The notes beneath the pieces are model-generated. The model saw nothing but the letters and a program-made list of their open reading frames with translations. It was not told the DNA's origin and ran no database searches. Positions 43,458 to 54,793 of a DNA stretch of 63,857 nt are shown here, piece after piece. The number at the start of each line of letters is the position of its first letter. Positions within the stretch are counted from its first letter, which is position 1. Source of the DNA: Gracilinanus agilis (Eukaryota); contig NC_058135.1 of the NCBI RefSeq assembly GCF_016433145.1, positions 226,906,238 through 226,970,094 on the forward strand, given 5' to 3'. Position numbers and translations under genes: made by a program.

Positions 43458-44977
43458 GGTTAAGGGATGATGTTTAGCTCTCCATTGATGGGATGGTAGA
43501 GAAGTGAGAAGGGTGAAGGATGAGCTGGAAAAGAGTAGGCAGTGTTTGGGGGGGGCTCTTAGTGCTGGGGCTGTGACCAGATGGTGAGGTGCTGCTCTCC
43601 AGCTTGGGAAGTCTGACAGAGATGTTTTGGGTGGGGGCTGAATCAGTAACAGAGTAGGGATCAAAAATGGGATCTGAGGTCCATGATGAGTGCCAGGCTG
43701 TGAGATGGTTGATGGGATGTGTGAAAAGGAGCGTGTGGGTCACTAAAGGGCGATGTAGGAGAGGTCATGGAACAAGTTTGTGGTGGTGGTCACAGGGGAT
43801 GAGGGTGTTTTCAGCACTGAAGTTCATGAAGCATCATGGGGGGTGGGGGTCAGTGACCATACTGACCAGGGACTGGAGTGGTATGTTGTGACAGGGAGTG
43901 AAGTTGGGGGTAGTGATGAGTGTCAGGTTATGGGAGGATCTTCAGTTGGTTTCACTCCCTGCCCTCTCCCCTACGAGAGGGACCTTCTCAATTTCCCATG
44001 GTGGGGGGGGGGGAGTGACCTCTGAGCCCTGAGGTTTAATCTCCCTCATTAATCACTCACCCCTCTCTCCTCCCCCAACCCCTTCTCCAATGGATCCGGT
44101 TTCTCTCTGGCTCCTTGACCTGGGGCCAGCAAGAGGCTGGAGGTCGGGGGTTTGGGGGGAGACTGAGAAATCCCTTCAATGGCCCCTCACCAGTCCCAGG
44201 GGAGACTCTCTTCTTGAGAAATGGGGCACCTCCCTTTCTGTGTGAGCTGTCTGGCTGTGTTTCTGTGCATTCTTTATCTTCTGTCCCGATGTCTACTGGT
44301 CTTTACTGGGCCCATGACTATCTTTGTTGCTCAGGTTCTGTGTGTCTACTTTTATCTTTCTCTTTGTTGATGGCTCTCTGTTGGCCCGTTTCTGTATGAG
44401 CCTTTCTAGCTCAAAAAATGGAGTATTTTTGTACATCTGTCTCTAGTCTGTGTCTTAGTTTCTATTGCATACATGCCTTTCCAGGTGTCTCTCATTGTTG
44501 GAGGCTGTTTTTTTTGGGGGGGTCTCTTTTTCCCCCATCCCCAATCCAAATCTCTTCACCATTTTCTTATTCTCTGCATCTCCACCCCTCCCACCACTAC
44601 CCAGGGGACAGGCTAACCCCATTACCTGAGACAGGCACTGAGAGAGGGAGGGGGAGGAGGAGGGGGGGAGAGAGAGAGAGAAGGAAAGAAAAAGCAAAAA
44701 TGGAAAAGCCCCCGGCTTGAAAGCCAGTTCTTATCTGGGGTGACAGATGTGAGTTTGCTTCAGCCCTCAGACTCAGGAGATCACACCCCACTTTTCTCAA
44801 GTCTTCTTCCTTACCCTTGAGCACTGTTTACATCTTAGACTGTCAGACTGAGAAACTATGGCTCCCGATCAGGCTCAGGGCAAGATGTCACCCCTCCAAC
44901 TTGATTCTCCCCAGGTACCTGGGACCTCTGGGGACAGGAATGCATCAGAAGATCAGCAGGGTGGTCTGATAAAGGGA

Positions 44978-45336
44978 NNNNNNNNNNNNNNNNNNNNNNN
45001 NNNNNNNNNNNNNNNNNNNNNNNNNNNNNNNNNNNNNNNNNNNNNNNNNNNNNNNNNNNNNNNNNNNNNNNNNNNNNNNNNNNNNNNNNNNNNNNNNNNN
45101 NNNNNNNNNNNNNNNNNNNNNNNNNNNNNNNNNNNNNNNNNNNNNNNNNNNNNNNNNNNNNNNNNNNNNNNNNNNNNNNNNNNNNNNNNNNNNNNNNNNN
45201 NNNNNNNNNNNNNNNNNNNNNNNNNNNNNNNNNNNNNNNNNNNNNNNNNNNNNNNNNNNNNNNNNNNNNNNNNNNNNNNNNNNNNNNNNNNNNNNNNNNN
45301 NNNNNNNNNNNNNNNNNNNNNNNNNNNNNNNNNNNN
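44978..45336. other. Assembly gap (359 N)
   Basis: Run of N. Confidence 1.
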
Positions 45337-48300
45337 AGGAGTCAGGTAGATGGATGGCAGCATCGGAGGCAGATTTTGGCTTGTGTGTGAGTTGGGTTTT
45401 TGAAAATGTCTATTGTAGATACAAATGTGTAAGAGGTGTGCTGTGAGTGTGCACTTAGGAGTTATGTGTCCATGTTGTGTATGCTTGGGGGAGTTTTGCG
45501 TTGTGCCTAGGAGGTGTGTGTTTTCTACCTTAGCCTCTCGGTGGAGTTGAAAGAGAAGGGATTCCAGGAATGAGGGTTGGGGCTGGGAGGAGAGGCACAC
45601 GGAGACTCTCCCGGGACCCACTTTAATTACAGATTAAGTGAAACAGCATCGATGGGACAGACATTGATTTGAGCGAAGAAAGGCAGCTCCCAGCCTAGCC
45701 AGGGGAGGGGATGGGAAGCGAGGTGTGCGTGCGGAGGCGGGGGTCTCCCCTCCGACATTGAGTAACCTGTGAAGAGGTGCGAGAATCACCTCAGTCGGCC
45801 TGCACACTTGGGTTCATTCTAATCTTTGACCATTAGTCGCCAGTGTGTCCATTGTGTGTCTATTCAACCACGCAGTTGTGTATATGTGTACGGTTGCGTA
45901 TGTGTTTGCGGTCTGTCTGTCTTTGTGTCTGTGTGCATCGGGCTCAGTGTGCGTCCTTGAGGTCTTTAGGGAACTGTCAGGCTCTTCTCAAGGAATGCTG
46001 CAGCTCCAGGGTGCCCCGATGCCTCGGGTCCCTGTCCCTGCCTTCATCCCTGAATGTGTGGCGGGGCAGAAAGCAATGCTGGAATGAGCGCAGCCCGGGC
46101 TCACCCCCTCTGTCGCGGAACGAGGGACACAGACCTCTGCAACACACAGTCACCGACACACTCCCCAAAGGGGGCAGAAGAATGACCTGGAGAGAGGCGC
46201 TACCAACCCCGGGGAGGGGAGGGAAAGGGAAATGGACGTGCAAGCAGGAGACCCGGAGACCCGGAGACCCCGCAGCCAGAACCCGCCGCAGAGGAAGGAG
46301 CAGCTGCGAAGCGGCAGGCAGGAGTTTCACGAATCCCTTGGTTTTTCCGAAGGGACAGGGGCTCAGCGACTCCCAGAAACAGAAGCCACCTCCGAGGTGG
46401 GGATGGAGGGGACACTGGTCTAAAGTGAGGGGATTCAGAGGTCTGCCTTCTGTCCCAGGGAGTAGCTTGACCCGCAGCCTGCGCAGTGTGTTTGGTGCGA
46501 TTGTGAATATAATTTGGCGTGTGAGAGGGAGGACTGGAGATTGTTGTGCCTTCTTAAGCCGGGTGAAGGCTCTGGAGGCGAGGGAGCAATAGGCTGAGAG
46601 TAGGAGGCTTTGGGATTCAGACAGAGCAACTGAGGGACCCCCACGAACCTGGCTCTCTGCTGGGAAGGAGCTAAGCCAGGGGGGCTCCAAGCCCTCCCTG
46701 CCGTCCTGAGGCCTAGGAGGATTCCATTGTAATTCGCCTGAGGCGGGTCTCTGCTAGGTCGACAATGCTAGGAGTCAATGCCCTGACTCTGGCCAGAGAA
46801 GAGCAGTGAGGAGCTTTTGCCAGGTATGGGTGTGTGACTGTCCAGCTCCATCCCCCCCCCATGTCTTTTTGTGTATGTGTTCATGTGTGAGGGCTCTTGG
46901 GGGACAGTAATATTCCTGAGTCAGACACCTACATCAATCTGAGGCTTTGAGGTCCTGGAGTGAGTGACTCCAGGCTTTGGGGCTCAGTCTAGCCTCTGAA
47001 AGCTTGGTTCAGGCCAGACCCCTAGCCCTGGGGTGGCCAGGTCAGTTTCTGCCTTATATAGAAGGCCCCTTCTCTATCTGAAGCATTAGGCTGGCCAGGG
47101 GGAGCTCCCATTCATTATAGAGCCAGAACTAGAGAGACCCACGCTCTGTGGGAAGCCTGGACTGCCCTCACCTTGGAGCATCAGGGTTGTTTGTGGCTCT
47201 CTGTCCCTGCCCCTTTGTAGCACTGGGTTTCAAATCTGGGGGGGGGTGTGGACAGACTCTTCGAGGGTCCTCTTCTAGCACCCAACCCACCACTTCATCC
47301 TCCGACTACTTGTCCCATTTTGGGGGGGTCTCCAAGTTGGTCCTGTAATTGTTTTGTGAGATGGGATAGATACTGAGTCCCAGGTCTTGAGACAGTCTAG
47401 AACAGAAGTCAGAACCTTGGGAAGTCTAGTGTGCAGCCTCCAGAGCCCCAGGGAGCCAGTTCTGAAAGTTGGGATTGGGGGAAGAGGAGAGGGGTATTAC
47501 ATGTCTGGGAAATGGGATCAGAATAACAGGAAAGGAAGGGATAGAAAACAAGAAGAAAGAAGAGGTAGAACCGACAGGGCTTGGGGATGGGGAGGAGTAC
47601 TGGGCCTGGGGCCCAAGCAGTGAAGAGTGGAACTGAAAGAAATGGGACAGTACCAAAGGAAGAGGATTGAATAGGCAGAATGTCCATGGGTTCCCCTCAC
47701 CTGCCTCCTCCATTAGGTTCAGCCCTTCACCCCCAACCCCCACCCTTGGCTCAGCCAGCCCTGAGCAATCTCTGTTCCCAGGGTCTGAGAAGGAGTGCTC
47801 CCTACTGGCCAGGTGGTGGAGCCTCGGACCTCCTCTGTTTGCTGGGCCCAGCCATGGCGGATCTATTGGGCCTGAACAGTGCCCCTACTCCCTACCCCCT
47901 CATTCCCAATCACTCCCAGCCCAGTCATTCCCATCGCCTTATGGACCCATTCTCTCAGTGGAGCTGGAGAGGAAGGTAGATTTAGTAGAGTTGAGTGCAC
48001 AGAGAAGGGGAGCTAGAACCAGAGGCAGGGAGGGTGGCAGATGCAGCTGCCCCCTAGGTCTAGTCACAGCTGGATCCAGCCCCCTCTTCCTTCACAGCTG
48101 GTTTCAACGCCCCCCCCCCCCAACTTCTGCGCTGGGAACTTTTAAAAGCCCTTGAGGCCGCGGAAGGAAAAACCCTTTTATCGCCCGCAGTTTTATGGGC
48201 CAGAGAGGCTGCTCCCATTACGGATCTGGGGCCCAGGCTGGACAGCGGTGAGGGGCACGGTAGGGGGGACTGGGTCTGGGGATTAAGGGACAGGGGTGAG

Positions 48301-48888
48301 GGCTGGAAGAGTAAGGAAGCTGGCTGGAAAGGAGAAAAGAGCCGCTAGGCCCTAGGCAGTGGCCACAGGAGAACAGGAATCAGAGGAGGGCTGTGGAAGG
48401 GGTGCTTTGGGGGTAGTGCAGTGTCCCATCCCGTGGCGTCGCCGAAGGGTGCTTGGACTAGGTCACTTCCTCAGCCCGCGTCAGGGTCACCTGGGCCCCA
48501 GCCTGAGGCGGGTGGACGATCAGATGAGTTGGGGGATCCTTGACGTGGGGGTGGGTCTGGAGGAAGGAGACGGGCCCCGGAGCTAGGGGGCCGCCGCAAG
48601 CTCCGCCCCCCCACCCACCCAGTTGCCGCCTCCGGCCCCGCAGTCCTTTAAGGCAGGGCTAAGGCTCTGCCGGCAGGCCCGAGTAAGGGAAAGAAGCTGC
48701 TCCAGGCTTGCCCAGCACCGTCTTCTGGGCTTAGATCGGGGCCCCGGGGGGCGGTGAGGGGCGGTCCCGGGGCCCGGGGCCCAGAGCATGAGCCGAGGAG
48801 CGGAGGAGGTGGGGGAGGAGGAGGAAGAAGCGGAGGCGCGGAGCTGGCGGCCCCGGCAGCGGGGACCCCTTGGCCCGGGGCCCCCGAC

Positions 48889-51329
48889 ATGACCTCAGCC
48901 CAGGAGCCCGGGCCGCCGCCCGCCGCCTCCAATAAGCCGCTGACGCCCTTCAGCATAGCTGACATCCTGGGCCCATCAACCCGTCCGACCCCAGCCCCAG
49001 CCCCAGTGCCGGCCCGGGGCCCTACTTCGCCTCTCTGCGCCCTAGAAGAGCTGGCCAGTAAGACGTTCCGCAGGCTCGACGGCAGTGTCTTGCAAGCGGC
49101 CGAAGGTACGCGGTCAGATGCTTAGCTGGGGTTACAGTTAGAGGGACGGCAGGCGGGAGGGGGCTTGGTTGGGGTTCTTAAACTGCTTTGCTTGTTACTG
49201 CGCCTCCCTGCTACAACCTTCTCCTACAGCTCCTACTTTCTCCTTTTTTCTACACCGTTTCCTCTCTGTCCATTCCCAAATCCCTTCTTCTTCCCCCAAA
49301 TTTTCCTCCCGATTCCCCTTTTTTCTAGACCTCCTTTCTCTTCCCTCCTTCCCCCTTTTCCCTCCTTTCTCTTTCCCCTGGTATCTCCTTCTCTCCTGAC
49401 CTCCTCTACTTTCCCCTCGATCCTCACCCCCTTTTCTCTCTTTCCCTGGAGTTCCTTTCTCCCCTGATTCCTTTCCTGGATCTGTTCTTTTCTCCCCCCT
49501 GGCTCTCCTCTTTCCTCCGCCTTATTGAGCCTCCTCTTTCATTCACTGCCTCCCCTTTAATTGGTTCACCCCCTCTTCCAACACCCTCCCCTTCTCCAGT
49601 CCGGCTCCATCGAAAACGTGGGCCGCGAAGAGCCTCCTCCTGGGTGAGCTGGCCTCGAATTGCCTAGGGTCGCTTTTTCCTCTCCCCTGTGTTCCAGGGA
49701 TCTGGCCAGGTCCCCATCAGGTCTTATTCCGTCCTTACTTCTTCGGCCCGGACTCGGTCCCACCAAAGCCTGCCCTAACTGCGCTTCCCTCTGGACAGTT
49801 CCGACCCTTGGAAAATGCCCTGGCGCCCATATGGACACGAGCGCATACACGCACACAACACACACAACCACACAATCGCAACCACACTGAACCTAGGGAG
49901 GAACAATCATATGGGGGGACTCACTGCTCCTGTTAATCTGTGTACTGCGGCAGAGATAATAGAGATCCTGTAGGGCTGAGAAAGACAAAGGGACAGATCG
50001 AGACAGAAGAGGAAGAAAGAGCAAGAGCAGGAGATCTAACCCAGTTTGGGATCCGCCTTCGCCTCTTCCCAGGCCTGTAGGGTTCAGAGACTTCAGGCTC
50101 ATTCCTCCCCCGCTGTGTTTGTGTCTCCACCGCTCCGGCCCCTGCAGAGACCCGTTTGGCTACCCGGAGGTGGAGGAGGGGCACGGGAAAGGTGTGAGCC
50201 AAACCATTGGGATAATAAGGGGGGCCTGGGAAAGGCACCGAGGTCCTCAGAGGAGCTCCCAGGCCTGGGGGAAGGCCATAGGGTTAGATCCCTGGTCTCT
50301 TTTCACTCACCTGGCTTGGAAGCCCAGGGCAGTCCCATCATCCAGTTCTTCACTTCTCTCTCACTCATCTCTATCCTACAAAACTTCCTTTTCAAAACCG
50401 TCTGGACCTCCAAAAGCCTGCTCCCCATTTCCTTGTTGCCTTGTCTGTTCTTCCCATCTCCTTTCTCCCAGCTCCCTTCCTCTTTGTGCCTCCCACTCTA
50501 ATTCTAACCCTAACCCTGCCTCAGACCCTCAGTTCTAGTTCTACACCCTTCTGACCTTCGTCTCAGTCATCGCAGACACCTTGGTATGGTCCCAATCAAT
50601 CAAACCATCAACAAGTCTTTCCAGTGAATACTCTCGACCCTTTCCCTCCCTTCCCCCCGCCAGGACCTCGCATTAGCCTCCCGGCCTAAGCTCGGACCTT
50701 GCCTCAGGGAATTCATAGATCACCACCCCCCTTTCCCGAGTTAAAGCTCGGCTCACCCCTTGGGACCCAGAGAGCTTCCAGATTCTGAGCCAGGGTCAGC
50801 CTTGTCGATGCGGACAAGGTCCGAAGTTCACTCCACTCCGCTTGTCCGAAGAGTGCTGCAAGGCCGACCTGTCTGCTCTCCGGGAGGTCCTGGCCTAGAC
50901 TTGATCACACCGCTGCTCCTTCCTGTTACTGCAGGTCGGGAGGCACTGAGCCCGCTGAGCCCCAAGCCTGTGACCCGAAGGCGTCGGAAGTCCCGTACAG
51001 CGTTCACCGCGCAGCAGGTGCTGGAACTGGAGAGGCGCTTCGTCTTCCAGAAGTACCTGGCTCCAGCTGAGCGGGACGGGCTGGCAGCTCGGCTGGGCCT
51101 GGCCAATGCCCAAGTCATCACTTGGTTCCAAAATCGCCGGGCCAAGCTCAAGAGAGACGTGGAGGAGATGAAGGCGGACGTAGCCTCCTTGCGTTCGCTG
51201 CCGCCCGCAGCTCTTCGCCGGTTGAGCCTGTCTCTGCCAGAATCAGGCTCTAGTCCTCCGGTTCAGCCAGAACCCAGCCCTGAACCTAGGCAGGAGCTTT
51301 CAGATGAGGAGATCCAAGTGGACGATTGA
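48889..51329 (+). CDS. LBX2: Ladybird homeobox 2
   Basis: Exons 48889-49105 and 50935-51329 (TGA). eh1 FSIADILG, TSPLCALEELASKTF, homeodomain [26 protein letters not shown]...WFQNRRAKLKR, C-terminus LSDEEIQVDD. Candidate AATAAA at 52184-52189. Confidence 0.96.
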
Positions 51330-54300
51330 AGAAAGGCTGGCCCCTTGCCAGCAACCTGAGGGCTAGCCCGATGTTAGACTCTTTTGAGACCCACGTTTAC
51401 CCACTGCGCTAGCTCAAACAGTTTAGGTCCCTGAGACTTTCATTGCCCAGTTTTCCCCACACTGTTCCTCTTCCATTCGTGGTCCCCCACTCCTAGCCTC
51501 TACTACCCAATCCTCCATTCTTTGGGGTCATCCGATTACTCCACCATTTAATCCTACAGTGAGGGTGTGGGGCAAGATGGCACAGTCCATCCTGCCACTC
51601 TCCATTTTTCCAGGCTCTCGATCACTGCTCAAAGGCCTTCCCGCTCCCCTTTTTCCAGTCCCAGGGAGGGAGGGATCGCAGACACATCTACCGAGCTAGT
51701 TTCTTTACTTCCCACTCTTGTTCCTGGAATATCCCGGGTTCCTCACTTCTCTGGAAAGCCTAAGGCTTCTCAGAGAGTGCTGCTCCTTATTCCAACCGCC
51801 TCCCTGGCTCTGTGTTATCCATTCACCCTCGTTTTCCGTAACCTAGAACCCAGATAGATTCTATACTGCCTGGTCTCCCCAATCCCCACTCTTCCAGGCT
51901 GAGGAAACCCTTCTGGCTCCAGGCTGCGGTGCCTCTCCCTCCTGAAACCTAGTGCCCTCTGGCCGCTATAGACTTAGCCTATCCAGTACCCTCCCTCCCT
52001 TTCTTGGGCACCTTTTGTTTTCTGTGGTTATGTCCTAATCCGGTCCTCTGCCCGGAGACTTCTCCCAGCAATGTCAGTTGCTCAGGAGATGGACAGCGAG
52101 CCTGGGCCAACCAGATCTTTTCTGCCTAGGATAGGTATCCCGCAGCCTGTAGCGGCCTGCCTCTCTTCCACCCCCGCAGTGTGAATAAAGACGATTCGAA
52201 GGGGCATTTCGACTTTTCTCTCTTGCTAGAGGAGAGGACCCGGCAGGCCCAGATGCCTGGAGTTTGTGTGTGAGTTCGGCCACCTCTGGGTACTCACGAA
52301 TTGCAGGCCTGAAATGGGGGGTGGGGGAGTCCGTTCCCCATCACCTTTACCCCCACTCAGTTTTTCTTGTTACGGAGCTGACTCGGACTGGAGCTTCTTC
52401 TCCCCCTCACCTTATAGGATAGGAGGTCTGGGTCCTCGAGGGCATTTCTCTGACTTCCTTTCTACAAACACGGCTCCCTCCTCGCGCGCGGCCCCCAAAA
52501 GAGTTTATTAGGATGGCCCTGACTCTGCCCTGGACCCCAGCCAGACCCCCGTGGGCTGCGCAGAAACTGCCGAGAGGTCAGAGGAAAGGGCGAAACTTCA
52601 CGGTGTAGGGGGCCACACACCCCGCCCCTGGCTACGCACTCCGCGATGGACAAACCGGCAGTCCCTCTGGGCCAACCATAGAGGCCGTAGCGCATTAAAA
52701 GGGCCTCTGGGGGGCACTATGGCTACCCGAGGGGAACGCATGCGGCGACGTTCTTCGGTCACGCGTATAGCTGGAGCCCTGCAGTCAGCAACGTGGGACA
52801 CACAACACACATAGACAACCACAGTGGACAGAAAATAACCCACGCTGTTGTAACACAATAACCACGCGACCCCCACAGTGACGCGGAACAACGTGCTCCA
52901 TTGCGCATCACACATAACCCAGACAGCTGCACGGTCACACACGGCAACGCAAGAACACGTAAGGACACATACCGTAACATGGTCAACACAAAGACAGTCC
53001 CTTGGAGAGCCCAGATTGCTTCCCACCCCCACCTCTATCCCCTACATAGGAGCGCGCGCGAGCGTGCGGGAGGGGGAGACTTGGGAAGATTGCCCCACCC
53101 CCACACGGTGGAGTGGCTGTACCCTTCCCCCCCTCGGTAATTTCCCGGGTGACCGAGCCGCCGCTGGCTGCTGACATCCGCCGCTGAGTTTAATTCCTTT
53201 AACTTGTGATTAATTACCCGCCCCCGCCCCTACCCCTCCCTCGGGCCTGTCTGCACATCAAACGCCGAGGGGGAGGGGCTGCCGGGAGTTCCAGGACCGG
53301 AGAGAAAGGAAAAGGGGGAGGGGAAAAGCTGTGACTACCCACCGACTCTAGGCCAGGTAAGGTTTCTCCCACTCACTCACTGCCATACACTTGGCCTTTC
53401 TCTCGACTATGCAAAATCTCCCCCAATAAACACCTTAGCCCGTACTCCCTTCTGCTCTAGCGGACTGAGGTTCTGTTAGGCCCATTTCCTCATGGGTAAA
53501 ATGAGGGGTTTGGGGTAGACCCATGATCCTCCGTGGGTTCCATCCCCAGAAGAAAGTGAATGAAGAGAACAAAAGCAGCCCCAGGTCGGAGTCAGGGCAC
53601 CTAGCTTCAAATACTAACTTGGCAGCTTTTCTGGGCGATAGCTCCAGATCCCATCACCCCGTAGTCCTCTTTCCCTCTTTCTAAAATGAGGGGGGGAGGG
53701 GCGGAGCAGCTCAATTGCACCGATAGAGAGCTGGCCCCCTACACAGTGCGACCTGGCTGTGGGACTTAACCCCGATGGCCTAATCCCTGTCATTCTTGTC
53801 TTAGAATCGATAGGAAGGCAGAAGGCGAGGGCTTTACAAATAAAAACGTGAGGAAGGACCTCCTATAAAAGTTGTAATAGTCGCCCATAAATGCATAGTT
53901 CACAAAGGCTGGCTTCCGGGAGTTAAGAAAGAGATCTGTGCTGGCCTGGTGGCCAGAGAAGACTTCCTTAAAGAGGTCAGTTTAAGTTGGGTTCCTCCTT
54001 CATAGGAGGAGAGGGAAGTAAGAGCTGGGAGAATGAGGTAACCTTTGGGACTTGGCAGGCTGGATGTTGTAAGGGTCTTGAAGCCAAGGCAGGGTAAGAG
54101 CAATGAAGAATCGGTGTCTCTACAGTCGATAAACATTAAGCACCTACTATTTGCCAAGCACTATGCTAAGCACTGAGGATACAGGAGGAGACAAAGGACC
54201 TGCCCTTAAGGAGCTCATAGTCTAACAAGGGAGACAATGTGCAAACCACTCTGTACAAACAAGTTATATACAGGAATAAGTGGAAATAATTAACAGAGGG

Positions 54301-54793
54301 AAGGCACTAGAATTCAGGGGGACAGGGAAAAGCTTCCCGTAAAAGGTGGGACTCTATCGAGGATAGGACATGAAGGAAGCCAGGGAAGTCAGGAGGCAGG
54401 AATGCAGAGAGAGAGAGAGAGCATTCTAGGCGAGGGAGACAGCTAGTGAAAATGCTCAGATGACATGGCATGTCTTGTTCAAGGAACATCAAGGAGGCTG
54501 GTTTTTCACTCCCAATTGTAGGAGAAAGGGGGAAGGGGGTGCTGGTGGTAAGCTTTTAAGAACACTGGGAGTTGAGGGGGTGGGGAACAGGTTAAGAATG
54601 ATAGCCCTGAATGACAAAAGATTTTATACTTTCGCCATTAGAATAACAGAACTGACACGGTAAGAGCTTACCTTTAGGAAAATTGCTTGGATAGCTAGGT
54701 GGAGGACAGCCTGGAGCAGGGAGAGACTTGCATCAATTTTTCAGGTATGAGGTAATGAGGGTCTCTGCCAGGGAGAGAAGGTGGGGTATTTGA

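Noticed and set aside
44858-45621. ORFs spanning the N run
   Set aside because: Artefacts of the assembly gap.
45843-46690. Overlapping 249-aa (+) and 237-aa (-) ORFs upstream of LBX2
   Set aside because: Low-complexity TG-rich start, no domain motifs or convincing exon structure; more likely regulatory or lncRNA sequence.
49200-49560. Long polypyrimidine tract in the LBX2 intron
   Set aside because: Ordinary CT-rich low-complexity sequence with no specific structure beyond generic triplex potential.
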